Shown here piece by piece: positions 1 to 12,084 of a stretch of 43,489 nt of DNA. Source of the stretch: Fistulifera solaris (taxonomy: Eukaryota); contig AP026158.1 in the NCBI GenBank assembly GCA_030295235.1, positions 434,001 through 477,489 of the forward strand, read 5' to 3'. Each line of letters starts with the position of its first letter. The first letter of the stretch is position 1. Position numbers and translations under genes: made by a program. The notes beneath the pieces were generated by a model, which did no database searches, had not been told where the DNA came from, and saw only the letters and a list, made by a program, of their open reading frames with translations.

Positions 1-588
1 CCGAATTTTGTCATGTTCTGAATTTTGAAGAGCACAACGAAAATGAGTGAGCCAGCAACAAAAAGAGAGGAAATGATAGTACACACACTGGAGACGCACC
101 ATGGTATGATCTTCCGAGACTGTCACTAAGCCGGCACTATCACATCCCCGTGCTTTTAAAATATCCAAGCCTTCTAGCAAAAAGTTTCTATGCAATTGAG
201 ATGACAATAAAGGAAAGAGAGTCAGTCAAACTGGAGGTAAAGAAGAATATCGGCGCAAAAATACGTCTCGGGATGACACAAGAATCACACAGATCTCACG
301 ATACTGCAGACCTTTTGCAGTCCCTGGCAAAAGAAAATGATTCACTTACCTCGCATCGTAGGAACCGGATCCTACGACCGCCGCAATTCCGGAACATTTT
401 GTTTTGGAGTTTTCGTTGTTTGTTTCCATCGCGGCAATCGCCACCGTAGCCGCTATTGCCGCCGTTCCCCATAATAAACTGTTGTTCGTGTCAAAATTCG
501 AATTCAATGCAGTGGAAGAAGCGGTTCGTTTCCACAAAAAAGCATATTTTCGGGTCCACATCGTTCGGGAGCGCAGCAAAGGAATCAT
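1..588 (-). CDS. Glutamine:fructose-6-phosphate amidotransferase (GFAT/GlmS)-like, 5' part with N-terminal targeting extension; continues beyond window start
   Basis: ATG at 588; exons 588-350, 187-100, 17-1; introns 349-188 (GTAAGT..TAG) and 99-18 (GTGCGT..CAG). The spliced protein reads ...KTKCSGIAAVVGSGSYDARNFLLEGLDILKARGCDSAGLVTVSEDHTMNMTKF, matching the class II GATase N-terminus of GlmS (CGI.....LLEGL..L..RGYDSAG). Confidence 0.82.
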
Positions 589-1527
589 GTTGATTTGTTG
601 TGTTTTTCGTCCGTCGTTCGTAGAAATCAATCGTTGGAAGCCCTTTCTGAGATCCCTTTCTCTCAATTTAAGACAATAATAGATAAAGTAAAATCAAAAC
701 AAAGAAAACAAATTGCAGGCGACGGATAATACAATGTTACATTTTGAAATGCAACCAAATGTGCATCTTCGGCCTCGTCGCTCTCATCGAACAAAAATGC
801 ATACCTGGTATGACCCGCGATCTTTCGTTGAGTCTCATACAAAGTGTACTACGACCATGCCGGGAAGCACAGTTTTGGAGAGACGGCGACACTCTGGGAG
901 CCTTTGGCTCGTGCGTTCAGTCACGAATGGAAACGGGACGAGGAGCATGACACTAGTTCGACACCCCGTCAAATTTCAATTACTCCGTACTACCAGTACG
1001 TACGTACTAACGAAAATAATACGAGACACTGTCCACAATATCGATATTTGCCGATATTCGTACGCCTGACAGACGGCTTGAACGCTTTTTAGGCATGAAT
1101 GGGTCATGTCACGGACGAAGACAGACGGTTAAAATATATACTCCGTAGTATAATACGATACTTTATATCCTAATATCTAATATTTATTCCTAATTTCCTA
1201 CAGTCGGAATGTAATTTTGACATTCGACTGAATTTTCCATTTTGTTCGCAAAAATCCAATTATCGAGAATTTGTCGAACTATAAGCATGACTGAGCCGGG
1301 GGTAGTCTAAAGAAAGTAAAAAAAAGAACCTCTTTTGACGAAAAGCCAATGGCGGATAAAACCAACGTCCGCCTACTGCGATTCTTCGCCTTGTACCTCT
1401 TAGTGTTGCAACCAATACGTAGAATGTTACTATCATTTCATAAATAGCTGAGATATAATGGTAGGCTCGGCTAATATGCTTTTACATGCTTGATTCTTAA
1501 AATTGCGAAACATGATTCCACTGCTCA

Positions 1528-2019
1528 TCATGCTACTGTCGATAGGCAAAAGTTTTCCATGGTCTTTTGGTAGACCACTCGTAATGAGTCGGAATCGACG
1601 CGTCCGTAGGTATTGTATTGTCGCACTTGTTCCGTCAAGACGGCATCCAATACAAGGTGTTTGATCGACTTTTGGTTCGTCCATGCGGACCACACGAATT
1701 TGTCTAGTCCGTGGTACGTATGATGGTCCGATTCTTCCAACAGGCGACCCTGTTGGGCCAAATAAATAATTTGTTTCGCCTGTTGTTTCAACAATCGGAT
1801 TTCTTCTTTCGAATACCAAATGGATTGTGAGTCGGCGTGTCGTTCGACGTCGTAAACAAAAGCATCCTGAAAGAAAGTGACGCCCCTTCTTCGTTTCTTG
1901 TGGCGGGGTGGGGTGAAGTCGCAATGCGTGCTTTTTAAAGACGATGTTGTGGAGGTCGTCGATGACACATCGTCCCAGACGCAAGCTTGCTCATACAGAG
2001 AATCAAAAATGTGTTTCAT
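1528..2019 (-). CDS. Small hypothetical protein, V-x-F...W[YF]...GL[ED] family
   Basis: Intronless 163 aa ATG ORF with KKRRRGVTF, IWYSKEEI and HGLDKF; same motif order as the genes at 4291 and 5301. Confidence 0.75.
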   Translation of the reverse strand: MKHIFDSLYEQACVWDDVSSTTSTTSSLKSTHCDFTPPRHKKRRRGVTFFQDAFVYDVERHADSQSIWYSKEEIRLLKQQAKQIIYLAQQGRLLEESDHHTYHGLDKFVWSAWTNQKSIKHLVLDAVLTEQVRQYNTYGRVDSDSLRVVYQKTMENFCLSTVA

Positions 2020-4290
2020 TGGATGGGATTAGAGAGACAACGTAAAAGAAGAGAGATAGTAAGTACACGGAAGGAATAAAATTGCTGTCGGTGATAACGA
2101 CGAAAATGAGAAAAGACGAATGAAAAGCGTTTGTCGGCAAATTTTTGTGCACGTTTCTCGTGTCCAATTTCATTCTTTAAGGAAAGAAATATATAATGCA
2201 GTAGGGCTGTGATGCCTCAGCTGCGCCGTTTTAAAACTCAAAGAACAGCGTTCTGGATCGTTTTACGATCACCATCAGTTCTTGCGTTCATCGGGGCAAA
2301 CGTGATCGACATTAACGGTGTTCTTGCTGATTACGATCACAAACAGAAGTACCAGTATCGCACGCAATAATTTGGCGTTCCCATCCTTAAACCGTTTCAC
2401 GATAAGAAACGTTGTCATTGGCTACACTTTGTGTTTATAGCTTGAAATTATAGTCATGGAGTTAAGGACAGGTATTTCGAGATCCTTACATCCTCACAAA
2501 TCAAATCTTGATGTGGCCATCGACTACTGCAAATAGGACTAGGATTTCTGTTGGGGACCACGGCAACCTCAATCAGCAACGATTAAGCCCTTTTATGATC
2601 ACCATGCCGCAGTGAAAACCCCAATAATCAGCCTATGTCCTGCAAATAAATTCTACTTAGAACTAGGACGAAGATCAGATGCCATTGACATTTTCCAACC
2701 TCAAGGTCGCGAAACTGACTGTGGACTGTGGACTGTGAAATAGCAAAAAAGCAACTACCCAGTGCAAAAAAAGGCCCAACGCAAACCCAGCGACTTTTTG
2801 TGCCAGCACGACATCACGAAATTTGAGCATCCAACCAAAGGAGAACGGCTTGTGGTCGCCTTTTTGTTGAAAACGAATAATATTTCCTTTCGTGTTATGG
2901 CTCACCACCAACATTAACATAGAAATACGATCAAACAACCACAGCAAGAGACTTTCTGCAAGAGACTTGCTGAGTATCGAGATCCAGGGCTTCATTCTTG
3001 CCTCGCAATTGCCTCGCAAGGAAGTTTGAATGAAGTCGCAAAATAAACAGAGATGATACGTAAATGATCACTCAACTCCGTACTAGTATTGAACGCTCTA
3101 GTTGCAGGGAGCGAAAGATAGGAAATGGGAGAAGGATCGAGTAAAGAGTTCTAGTCATTATTCCTTCAAGCGACGACCTCATTCTGCTATGGAAAGTACT
3201 GAATGCTGCACGAATTTATCAAGAAGTTACACATTAAGGGCTCTTTGAAAGCGAAGCGGTAGTCGGCAAAACAATGGTTGTTTTTAAAGCGAAAAAGCGC
3301 AGCAGTTTACTCAAAAAATGAGACTTAGCCGTGTGCTTCTGATGTACAACATGCCATGGTGGCGTCATCAAATGGACTTGGAGAGCAACTGATTGATTTT
3401 CATCGTTCACGCACGAAAACGCCAACAAGTAGTTTAACTGTATATTCATTGAGAAACTGCATTCGTGTTAATTTTGATTTATAAAATCGCTGATTCAGCG
3501 TCATTGATCGTCATTCCCTCGCAAACATTTTCGAGATGAGAGCTCCAGTTATTTGGGAATGAGCGAGTTAGAGATGCTAGACGCTTAACGATTTACGATG
3601 CGTTATTATGCCTTTTTCAAGAATCAGTTCGTCGCAACCGAATATAGCGTGGAATTGGAAGTGCTGCGAAAAAGCTCAGCGCAATGCACAAGGTCTTTGG
3701 TCAAAGATGGAAGGCCCTACCTCTTGATACAGTATGCGGCAATGCGGTTTTCGCTGCGCACTGAGCAATTTCGCTCTTATATAACTCTTAACTCCAACAA
3801 TCTAGAAACACAAACAAGCCACAAGCCACTGATTATTGTCCATTGCATATTGCCAACCAATAACCAATGACGACTGACGACTGACGACCATTGTACTTTT
3901 TTTATGGAGAGTGGAGAGAGTTCATCGCAAAGAATTCTCGATGACTTTGTCATTTCCCTGTGTTTGTTGTTATGTACACGGAAGACAGAAGTCGCACGGC
4001 GCACGGCAACATTCTGAAGTCGTAGTTTAGGTATTTGGTATTTGCCTCCAACGCGAGTTGAATGACGAATGGCGACGCCAGTGAAAATTGATGTACAAGG
4101 TATGAGACACTGCATAGCAGCGGTCATAAGTCGTTACGAACGATGACGTGACTTTGGACAAATCTGGTACTTGTTGCTTTATAGTACAAAGACCTCTTGC
4201 GAATATCGCGACTTTGCGAAAAACTACCTAGAAGCCAGCGAGCACATTTCGATCTAGTCAAAGTCTCATTCTTTGAAAGCACACAAGACC

Positions 4291-4614
4291 ATGAAAACGC
4301 TGAACATGTCGGGGTCCCTCTCATCTAGCACCCATTCCAACTGTTCATTTCAGCGATCCGTACGTTTCAATGATGCGGCGCTGACTGTGATTCCCATCGA
4401 AACCGACATCAAAAATGTTGGCGATCTGTGGTTTACGTCGGCGGAATATCAGCATATCAAACGACGAAACAAGTTATGCTTGCAGCTGGAACGTTCTGGA
4501 TCATTTAAAGAGTCCGAGAACAATACCTTCTACGGTTTGGAGAAGCAGACAATGCTCAATAGATTGCAGCGGAAGCTTGACAGAGCTTACGTGCTTCGGA
4601 ACAACCTTTTGTGA
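4291..4614 (+). CDS. Small hypothetical protein (RSVRF...LWFTSAEY...GLEKQT), paralog of 4978-5301
   Basis: ATG at 4291; aligns without gaps over most of its length with the convergent ORF on the minus strand. Confidence 0.75.
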   Translation: MKTLNMSGSLSSSTHSNCSFQRSVRFNDAALTVIPIETDIKNVGDLWFTSAEYQHIKRRNKLCLQLERSGSFKESENNTFYGLEKQTMLNRLQRKLDRAYVLRNNLL

Positions 4615-4977
4615 GACTGCGAATGTTTGTCCTTATTTTGAAACAAAGCAGTTCTATACTCTCCCATATATCAAGCAGGAAGGCTCACAATTTGTAAGCA
4701 CTGTACATAGTTGAATGAAATCATTTGATATATTTTATCTGCATTCTATTACGGAGCATTGAGCAACTTCCTTTTAAATAGCTAAGCGATGATTCGGCAA
4801 ACACCGTCTTCAAAAATCCTTATCTGAATTCTGTATGAGTAATCTGTTAGACAACTTTAAAAATACGTAATAGTGTAACCAAAACATATTTCTATATTTT
4901 ATTAGCTGCCATGAATCCAAAAGAATATGCGTTGCGCATAGGTTGAATTTCGTTCGTCGAACGGAATATGAATGTAG

Positions 4978-5301
4978 CTATTGGGATCGATTGGTGGTGC
5001 CAAATCTTTGCATCAATTGACTGCGGGCTACCTTCCGTTGGTACCTGGCGGCTGTCGTTTGCTTTTCCAAGCCCAGCAGAGTCGTTTGATCGGTTTCTTG
5101 AAACGCCCCGGAGCGCGCCATTTGCACAACTAACTTGTTTCGTCGTCGAATGTGTCTGTATTCGTCTGAAGTGAACCATAATTCGCTGGCATTCTCTATG
5201 CAGCAGTCGATCGAATGAACAATGGCGTTGCTGTCGTCAAATGAGACAGAGTGGCGGCGGGGCTTCCTAGTGAAGGCTGTGTTCTCCATTGTAGTCGCCA
5301 T
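4978..5301 (-). CDS. Small hypothetical protein (RHSVSF...LWFTSDEY...GLEKQT), paralog of 4291-4614
   Basis: ATG at 5301; shares LWFTSxEY, HIxRRNKL, RSGxFxE and GLEKQT with 4291-4614. Confidence 0.75.
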   Translation of the reverse strand: MATTMENTAFTRKPRRHSVSFDDSNAIVHSIDCCIENASELWFTSDEYRHIRRRNKLVVQMARSGAFQETDQTTLLGLEKQTTAARYQRKVARSQLMQRFGTTNRSQ

Positions 5302-5965
5302 GATTTGCTTTAACAATTTAGGTGAAAGAGATGAAGAGATTTTGAGAGGCTTTGCGCAGCTACAGATTATTGAATTGCAATGAGAAAAGATACTCGTCAA
5401 CTTTTAAAATGAGAAAACGAAATGTTTTACTTGGTGGAGGTGCAGATGTCAAGGGAACCCTGTGTGGTGACGTAACCCCTTTGTTCAAGTGCGTGGCAGC
5501 ACGAAGAATGAAAAGAGTACAAAGAAGCGAGCTACTCTACATTCAAAAGAACGCCTAAGACCGAATGACTGCGCAGACATGTGTCTTCTTAAAGTGGCAC
5601 TTGCCATTGAGACTACACACTCCCTTCCTCAATCATAAAGGCTGTACCAGGTATTTGAACAATCATTGTTCTAATTTCTATACACTCAGTGGTTCAAACA
5701 GAAGCATCTGACATCGATTGTTCCCTACCATAAGTTCGAACAACGAGGTTTGAAAATATACGAGGAGAACAAATGTAAGGAAGAGTTCTTTCGCATTCGC
5801 TCCAATTATGTTCAAGTTAAACTGGGATGTTGCAATTCCTGCTTTACCAATATCATGCCTGAATTGTGTCCAGCACGACCGGGAGATAAACTAAGGCTCC
5901 CGAAATTTAGCAAACACAACCTTCATGAAAAATCGTTTCTACAGCGTAAGATCATTTCGTATTAT

Positions 5966-7648
5966 TTAGCTTGTCAAGTGATAAAGATGAATGCGTAAAA
6001 GGATGTGCATGTAATCCAACCAAGCCAAGACGCGATTCCACCAGCCACTTTCATGACCGTAAACCGTGGCAGCCGCATACCGACCCGTTACCAACAATGT
6101 ATTTGCAGGACTCCCCAAAGCGTTATCAATGTGCCGCAAACAATCATTCGTTTTCAGCAGCAACAGCATTTCACGGGGTATGCGAGCCAGTAAATCCATA
6201 ATCTGACGTAGAAATCGTTGGGCATATCCCGCCATGACTGTTTTATCGACACGCTTGTTGAGTTTATCACGGGGTTTGCCCCAGCGGTTCTTGCTGCGTT
6301 CAATGACTTCATCAAAAGGTCGGGCCGTGACGAGTGCCGCAAACATGGTGTACATGTCTTCTAAACCCATCTGCGCACAAGCGGCCTGAATCCCAGGAAT
6401 GTCGGCCAATAGCAACGCCTTCCAAAGGCGTGCATAGATCAAAACAAACTCTGCGTCCAATTCTCGATACAATCCATGATCAAGCAAAACAAGCTCGGGA
6501 TCTCCGCGCGAATTTTTAGCTCGCAACAATACATTCGCCGGATGCGGATCGCAGTGCACACAACGACTCTCAAATATCTGTGAAGCGAAGGCGCTGGAGA
6601 GTAAATTAGCAACTTTCTTCTTATCAATACCTTGCTTCGCAATAGCTTCGGTGTCTGTCGCTTTGCAACCTTCCTCAAAATGCATAGTCAACACGCGACT
6701 AGTGGTTTGCTCCCATACGATGGCAGGAACGATAACATCACGCAAACCTACACGCTTGAAATTTTCCGCCGCGCACTTGGCATTACGACCTTCGTTACTA
6801 AAGTCCAGTTCTTGTGGTAATAGAGGCTCCACTTCACGAGCAATCCATCCCCACGTAAATCCTTCGAACCATTCTTCGGCCCAACGACTGACTTGGACAA
6901 GAGCACGAATATCTCCCATAGCAGTCTCTTTCAAATCGGCGTGTTGTATTTTGATAGCTAGTTTTCGTCCATTCTTGTAAGCGACGTGAACTTGCGCCAA
7001 GGACGCGGATGCCATCGGTGTGTAGTCAAAGAAATCAAAGGCTTCTTCGGGTGATTGACCCAATTCTTCCTTTACGATTTGCGCAACATGTTCCGGTGAC
7101 GTTCGTGGATTGTCATCATAGAGTGCACTCAATACAGTAGTATATTCGGGTGGAATTAAATAATCCAAACTGGCGAGATGTTGTCCGACTTTGATGTACA
7201 CACCTCGATTCGTATGACAGAGCGATAAAATACGATGAGCCGCTCGCGTATGCACCGGATCTGGTCCAAGCTCTTCTTGCAATTGGGCCAATTCTTGAGC
7301 CACTTGTAACATGGCTTCTTTTTCGTGTCGTTTGGCTTGCACTCGTTCCGCAAAACTCAATTGAGGATGAGAATTATTACTATAAATGGCTTGGGCTTTG
7401 GCCAATCGCGCGCGACATTCTTCGACTCGTTGCATTATTGGCTGCCGATTGCTGTCTCTCTCACCAAAGTACTTGGAAGATTGATAATCATACACCATGA
7501 GAAGAGCGGTTTGACCCAATCGTAAGGCACGACGCGCTGCCTTGACGTTCGGTTCATCGCTGGTGGCCAACACAGCACTTCCCGAGCCGGCTAACAGAAA
7601 CCAGCCTGTTCTTCGTTTTAATTTACTACTTATCTGTGAGGCGAACAT
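5966..7648 (-). CDS. ADCK1: ABC1/UbiB-family atypical kinase (ADCK1-like)
   Basis: 560 aa ORF with GVYIKVGQH, ASASLAQVH, AIKIQ, ELDF.NEGRN, HCDPHPAN and LLDHGLY motifs; basic/hydrophobic N-terminus resembles a mitochondrial leader. Confidence 0.92.
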   Translation of the reverse strand: MFASQISSKLKRRTGWFLLAGSGSAVLATSDEPNVKAARRALRLGQTALLMVYDYQSSKYFGERDSNRQPIMQRVEECRARLAKAQAIYSNNSHPQLSFAERVQAKRHEKEAMLQVAQELAQLQEELGPDPVHTRAAHRILSLCHTNRGVYIKVGQHLASLDYLIPPEYTTVLSALYDDNPRTSPEHVAQIVKEELGQSPEEAFDFFDYTPMASASLAQVHVAYKNGRKLAIKIQHADLKETAMGDIRALVQVSRWAEEWFEGFTWGWIAREVEPLLPQELDFSNEGRNAKCAAENFKRVGLRDVIVPAIVWEQTTSRVLTMHFEEGCKATDTEAIAKQGIDKKKVANLLSSAFASQIFESRCVHCDPHPANVLLRAKNSRGDPELVLLDHGLYRELDAEFVLIYARLWKALLLADIPGIQAACAQMGLEDMYTMFAALVTARPFDEVIERSKNRWGKPRDKLNKRVDKTVMAGYAQRFLRQIMDLLARIPREMLLLLKTNDCLRHIDNALGSPANTLLVTGRYAAATVYGHESGWWNRVLAWLDYMHILLRIHLYHLTS

Positions 7649-8439
7649 CGTTTATTGCATGCTTATGAGTCATAAGTGAATGTAAATGAGAAGAGGTTAC
7701 GGTGATGGCAAGAAGAAAAGGAACGAACGAAGGAAGAAAGCAAACGGAAAAAAGTTGCGAGAACAAGGGTGACGACATCGGCGTCAGCAACGAAGATAAA
7801 ACGTCTTTCTGTCGCACAAACATACGTTGTGAAACCAAGACAACAATTTAGTCATGAGTCATTAGTTATGGATAAACAAAAATAGTTGCTACAAGTACAT
7901 CACAACAAGCAAATATTAATTACAATTTGAATTTTGGTGTCGAATACCCTTCTGATAGTTGTTTTACAAAGTTAAAAAAGCCATGAACCATTATTTTACG
8001 AGTCAGCCTGCCCCCTAACATCCGTTCATTCTGCTACAGCTTGGCTGTGCAGCAATACTTTTATTGCGATGATGATTCTCAATAATCTTTAGAATATTTT
8101 AATTGACGCTACGGTAGGTTAGTTGGATGTGACAAAACCTGCCTTTACCAAAAAAAGTACCAGGTACGTCACTTTTCGGCATGACTAGATTTGACCACGA
8201 GTCGTCGTCATGCAAATTGTTTTTGTGATGCGTGCGAACCACGATGATAAGGTTCTTCAATAGAAATGGTGATAGGCTTTGCACATCAGTTGAATTCGGA
8301 TTAATTGTTTCAATTTGATTGTAATTTATACTTTAGAGGTATTAATTCTTGAAAAAATATTCGTGAAGGTTGTGAGATGTGTTCTCTCAGCTCGAGCAAA
8401 AACAGAACACAAAAAGTGATATGAGATGGAACCTTTGAA

Positions 8440-9438
8440 TTAACGCATCTCACTTTGATGATGATGATGATGACGACGCAGGAGCATAGAAGTGAGAATC
8501 AGTTCTCTGCGCTTTTCCTGCTGGTGAAGCAACTGGAGCATTTGCAATCGAGCTTCATGCGGAAGCATCTGTGGACGCGGTCGCGACATGGTCAGTGCCA
8601 GCGAGACAGCCAAGGGGCGATGCGGCATGGTCAGGCTTGCTGATACAGTCGGATTGTTTCGCAAGAGTCGTGGGCGCTTCAAAGGTGGCTCTTCCGTGAC
8701 TTCAGTTTTGACGGGAAGAAAAGTCGCAACAGGAAGAACATTTGCGCTCGCAGCTGCGGCGGCTACTTCATTACTCGTCTCCGAGGGCAATGAGACGGGG
8801 AAACGCTGGGAGATTTCGTAAAAATCCGGTTCGTTATCAGGATCCGCAATTTGTCGGCGGATGTCTTTGATTTCGGGCATGTACTTGAGTAAATGAAAAC
8901 CGCCTTGCAGAAAAGTCTAGAAAAGAAAAATGAAGAAGATTGTGTATAGGAAAAACAATTTTCAAAGTGATGACACAAAACTAAACTCAAAAGGAAGACT
9001 TACTTCGTGATAGTAACTGTTGCGATCGATGCCTTTGGTGATATGCTTAAAGCCATAATTTGTGAGCTGGCGAAGAAAGCTACTGTAACGATTGTGTCCA
9101 AAATACTTTTGCAACAGCATGGATTGCTCCAGCAACTTGGGTACAATCACCCGGAAACTACGACCGTGCGGACTCCATGCAATATAGCGCGGTGCATCCG
9201 GTTCATTTAATAGCGTAAAGAGCTTTTGCGAAAACGTCATCGACTCCAAATCCGTAGGACTCTTGTCCGTGTCTTCCGGAGGGACTTGACTGAAGTCGCG
9301 ATACGAATGATTCACAAACGTTCGAGGCTTGTTAATGCGTTGAATGACTACTGGTTTGACCGGATAAAACGGTTCGGGAGCTGCCGGTTTGCGGCCGGGA
9401 CGCTTCTTCGGGGTACCGGTACCTTGAATCTTTTCCAT
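8440..9438 (-). CDS. HSF: Heat shock transcription factor (HSF DNA-binding domain)
   Basis: Exons 9438-9004 and 8916-8440, intron 9003-8917 (GTAAGT..CTAG). Motifs FSQKLFTLL, IAWSPHGRSF, YSSFLRQLTNYGF, SYYHE|TFLQG and EPDFY. Confidence 0.92.
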
Positions 9439-10209
9439 CGTGGAGTCTTCGAAGTAACAATTGAGAAAGGCAGAGCAGAAAACTCTTTCGAGAAGGGGGG
9501 CAAAGTTATTTTTTTTTATTAAAGTATGTGAATTAAATGAGAAGAGTCAGAAGAAATCGTCTCCACATGAAACATGAAGATACTGGAGAATTGCGAATGG
9601 ATGCGTCGAGAAAAAGAATTGGGGAGCACGTGGTCCACGAGAAATCGAACAAAAAACCGACGAACTTCTCGTAACATTTCTACGACCAGCTACGGGGGCC
9701 AAAGAATGCAGTGATGTGGGTTTCTCTTCCGATGATGCATGCTGCAGACTTCAGACGCACAATAACTGCAAGTGCCAGCTTTAAGAACATAATACCCAAT
9801 TCTCGACACTGACGCCACCGGTCAATCCCACATCCTACATTTACTGTAAATTCAACGTGTCGGTACCTTTTTGTACTATTCTGGTACCAAACTACTTCTT
9901 GCCTACTGTCCAGAGCCGACATGGTTGACAGTTCATTACTGCGAACTTATCTACAATTAACTCTAGTGAGAACATTTAAGTTTGAACTACAACGCGAAAT
10001 CACTTAGATCTCAAAGTTAAAGCTTTAACGGTATTGGATACGATTTTTTACAAGACTCTGTCCAAATTCCGGAATTTGAAGCAAATCAGATGTGGATTGG
10101 GGCAATGGGCAATGTGACGAAGTTAGTTTTGAAAATAGAAAACATGCAACAAGTCCATGAGTCCAGAGACCAAGCCAAACTTCCAGACTTACCATGATTT
10201 ATGAATCAT

Positions 10210-10227
10210 CATGAATCATGATTCATG
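10210..10227. repeat. Perfect 18 bp palindrome
   Basis: CATGAATCATGATTCATG equals its reverse complement; preceded by a tandem ATGAATCAT copy. Confidence 0.9.
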
Positions 10228-10372
10228 CTTCTCGACACACGACTCTCGGTTCAAAAAAGGAAAAAAGATTCAAAGAAACGATTCTGGGGCGGTTAGGTTG
10301 AACAAAGTTGGGCAATCTTATGGAGCAAGCTAGTTCTGCATTCTACCTAAGGATGCAGGTCGACGCCTCTTG

Positions 10373-12084
10373 TTATTCGCTAACAGCTTCATCGTCAAGG
10401 TGCTGAGTGGTCTCCTCGTAAACTGGATTCAAAGTATCTGTTTCCTCCTAGCAAGGTAACCTTTTGAGAGAATAGAATTATGAATGCCTCCAACTTGTCT
10501 CGCACACGTACCGTCAGTTGAGAGGCATAAAACACAGCAATGGCATAAAAGACTGACGCGAACAGAAACATGGTTCCTGGTCCCCACAGCATACTAGTTC
10601 CGGTCTGACTCCATCCATAAATTTGGCGCATAACCGTAGGCCCTAATCCAGATGCGATTGCTTGAACCGAATATAATGCTCCCTGAATGCGACCTTGTTC
10701 GGATTCTGTTACATTATTGGCCTTGAGTGCACTAATTGTAGGAAAAGCCATGGTCACTCCCGTTCCCAACGCCATGGCGACAAAGATGGTCAGCTTGTCC
10801 TGTGCTAAACCGTATAGTAGACTGTGAACAGCACCGAATACAAAACTGATTGAGATCGTTCTCCGCTCGCCGACCGTTTCCAGCAGTGTCTTCAATCCAA
10901 CACTTTGGACGAGAATCCCGAGACCGCCCATGAGAACGTAAAGGTTAGCAATATCCGTATCAGTAAAAGATAGGTGTTCTTGCAAGTAATACACCAAGAG
11001 AGTATAATCTGCAGAAGACACCATACCGCTGAAAAACGCCAGCGACGAAAGCATTCGGAAGAGGGATGTTCTGTTCAAGATTGTCAACTCCCACAAAGGT
11101 CTATACCACCAAGGTAACTGTTGTTCCGTTCGTCGCAGACGCGCTTGGTGTCGTGTTTCTTCGTCAAGTGTTTCTGGTATAAATAGAATTACAATAATAA
11201 TTCCCAACAGTATTGTCATCAGTGACCATAACGATACCATGAAATAGCCAAGCCACAATGCAAGTCGTGGAGATAGTGCCTGTCCAACCGAGTAGCCAGC
11301 TGACAATATGCCAAAACTAGGTGCGCGCCATTGTGCGGGAAGCACGTCAGCCAAAGAAGACATGGCCACGACATACCAGTTGATGCGGATGACTCCTGCC
11401 GCGTAATAATAGAAAGGAGACATGCTGGACCGTAGCTGAAGCAGCACCAGAACGAATGGCGATATGCTTGACACAAGAAGACCAATCAGTAATAAGGCTT
11501 TCGGTCGAAAAACAACTCGTGAGTCTACTCGAAAACAATAAATTTGGATCAAGCATTGAAATCACTCACGTTTTCTACCATATTCGTCACTCAGCGATCC
11601 TGTCAAGGACGATGCGAAAAACGTAAACGCATTTGCAGCCAAATGCCGATTCGCTACTGCTTGTTGAGCGTCAGCTGATGCTGCAGAGCAAGCTTCGGCT
11701 TTATCGTGCATTGAAAAGGCACGACACGTAATGTTCTGTGAAAGATTATAATCCAGATGAGCGTATCGATCCGTCATCACCGAAGGTACCTACAAAGGAT
11801 GTGAGAAGACAGACGCAAGTTTTTCGAGTCGTCTCGACTACACGTACCACTCCAATCACAGCACCTTCTCCAATCGCTAACAAAGCAGTCAGAAACACAA
11901 TCTTAAACCCCACTTTGCTTTCCGTGAAGGCTTGTAAGAGGGAAGAGTAATTCTTGCTATCCGTCAATTCGATAGATGCCATTTCACGAACGGCGCCAAC
12001 AGGTGGACGAGTCAACGTTTCGTCGTTCGAGTTGGCGATTCGCCGATGCCGGTGCTCTTGCGTAGAAAATATTTCACAAGTCAT
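10373..12084 (-). CDS. MFS transporter, TetA/HIAT1(MFSD14)-like, copy A
   Basis: Exons 12084-11848, 11789-11570, 11497-10512, 10447-10373 with canonical introns. Motif A GSLSDEYGRKP, AFPTISAL, EQGRIQGAL, many hydrophobic helices. Confidence 0.9.

Noticed and set aside
2717..3888. Short 7-mer triplications (GACTGTG)x3 at 2717-2737 and (TGACGAC)x3 at 3868-3888 as CRISPR-like or functional arrays
   Set aside because: No spacers and only three units; ordinary slippage repeats in a eukaryotic genome.
2040..4270. Hidden gene or RNA gene in the 2.2 kb spacer
   Set aside because: ORFs are short with no motifs, and I found no tRNA, snRNA or rRNA signatures by eye.
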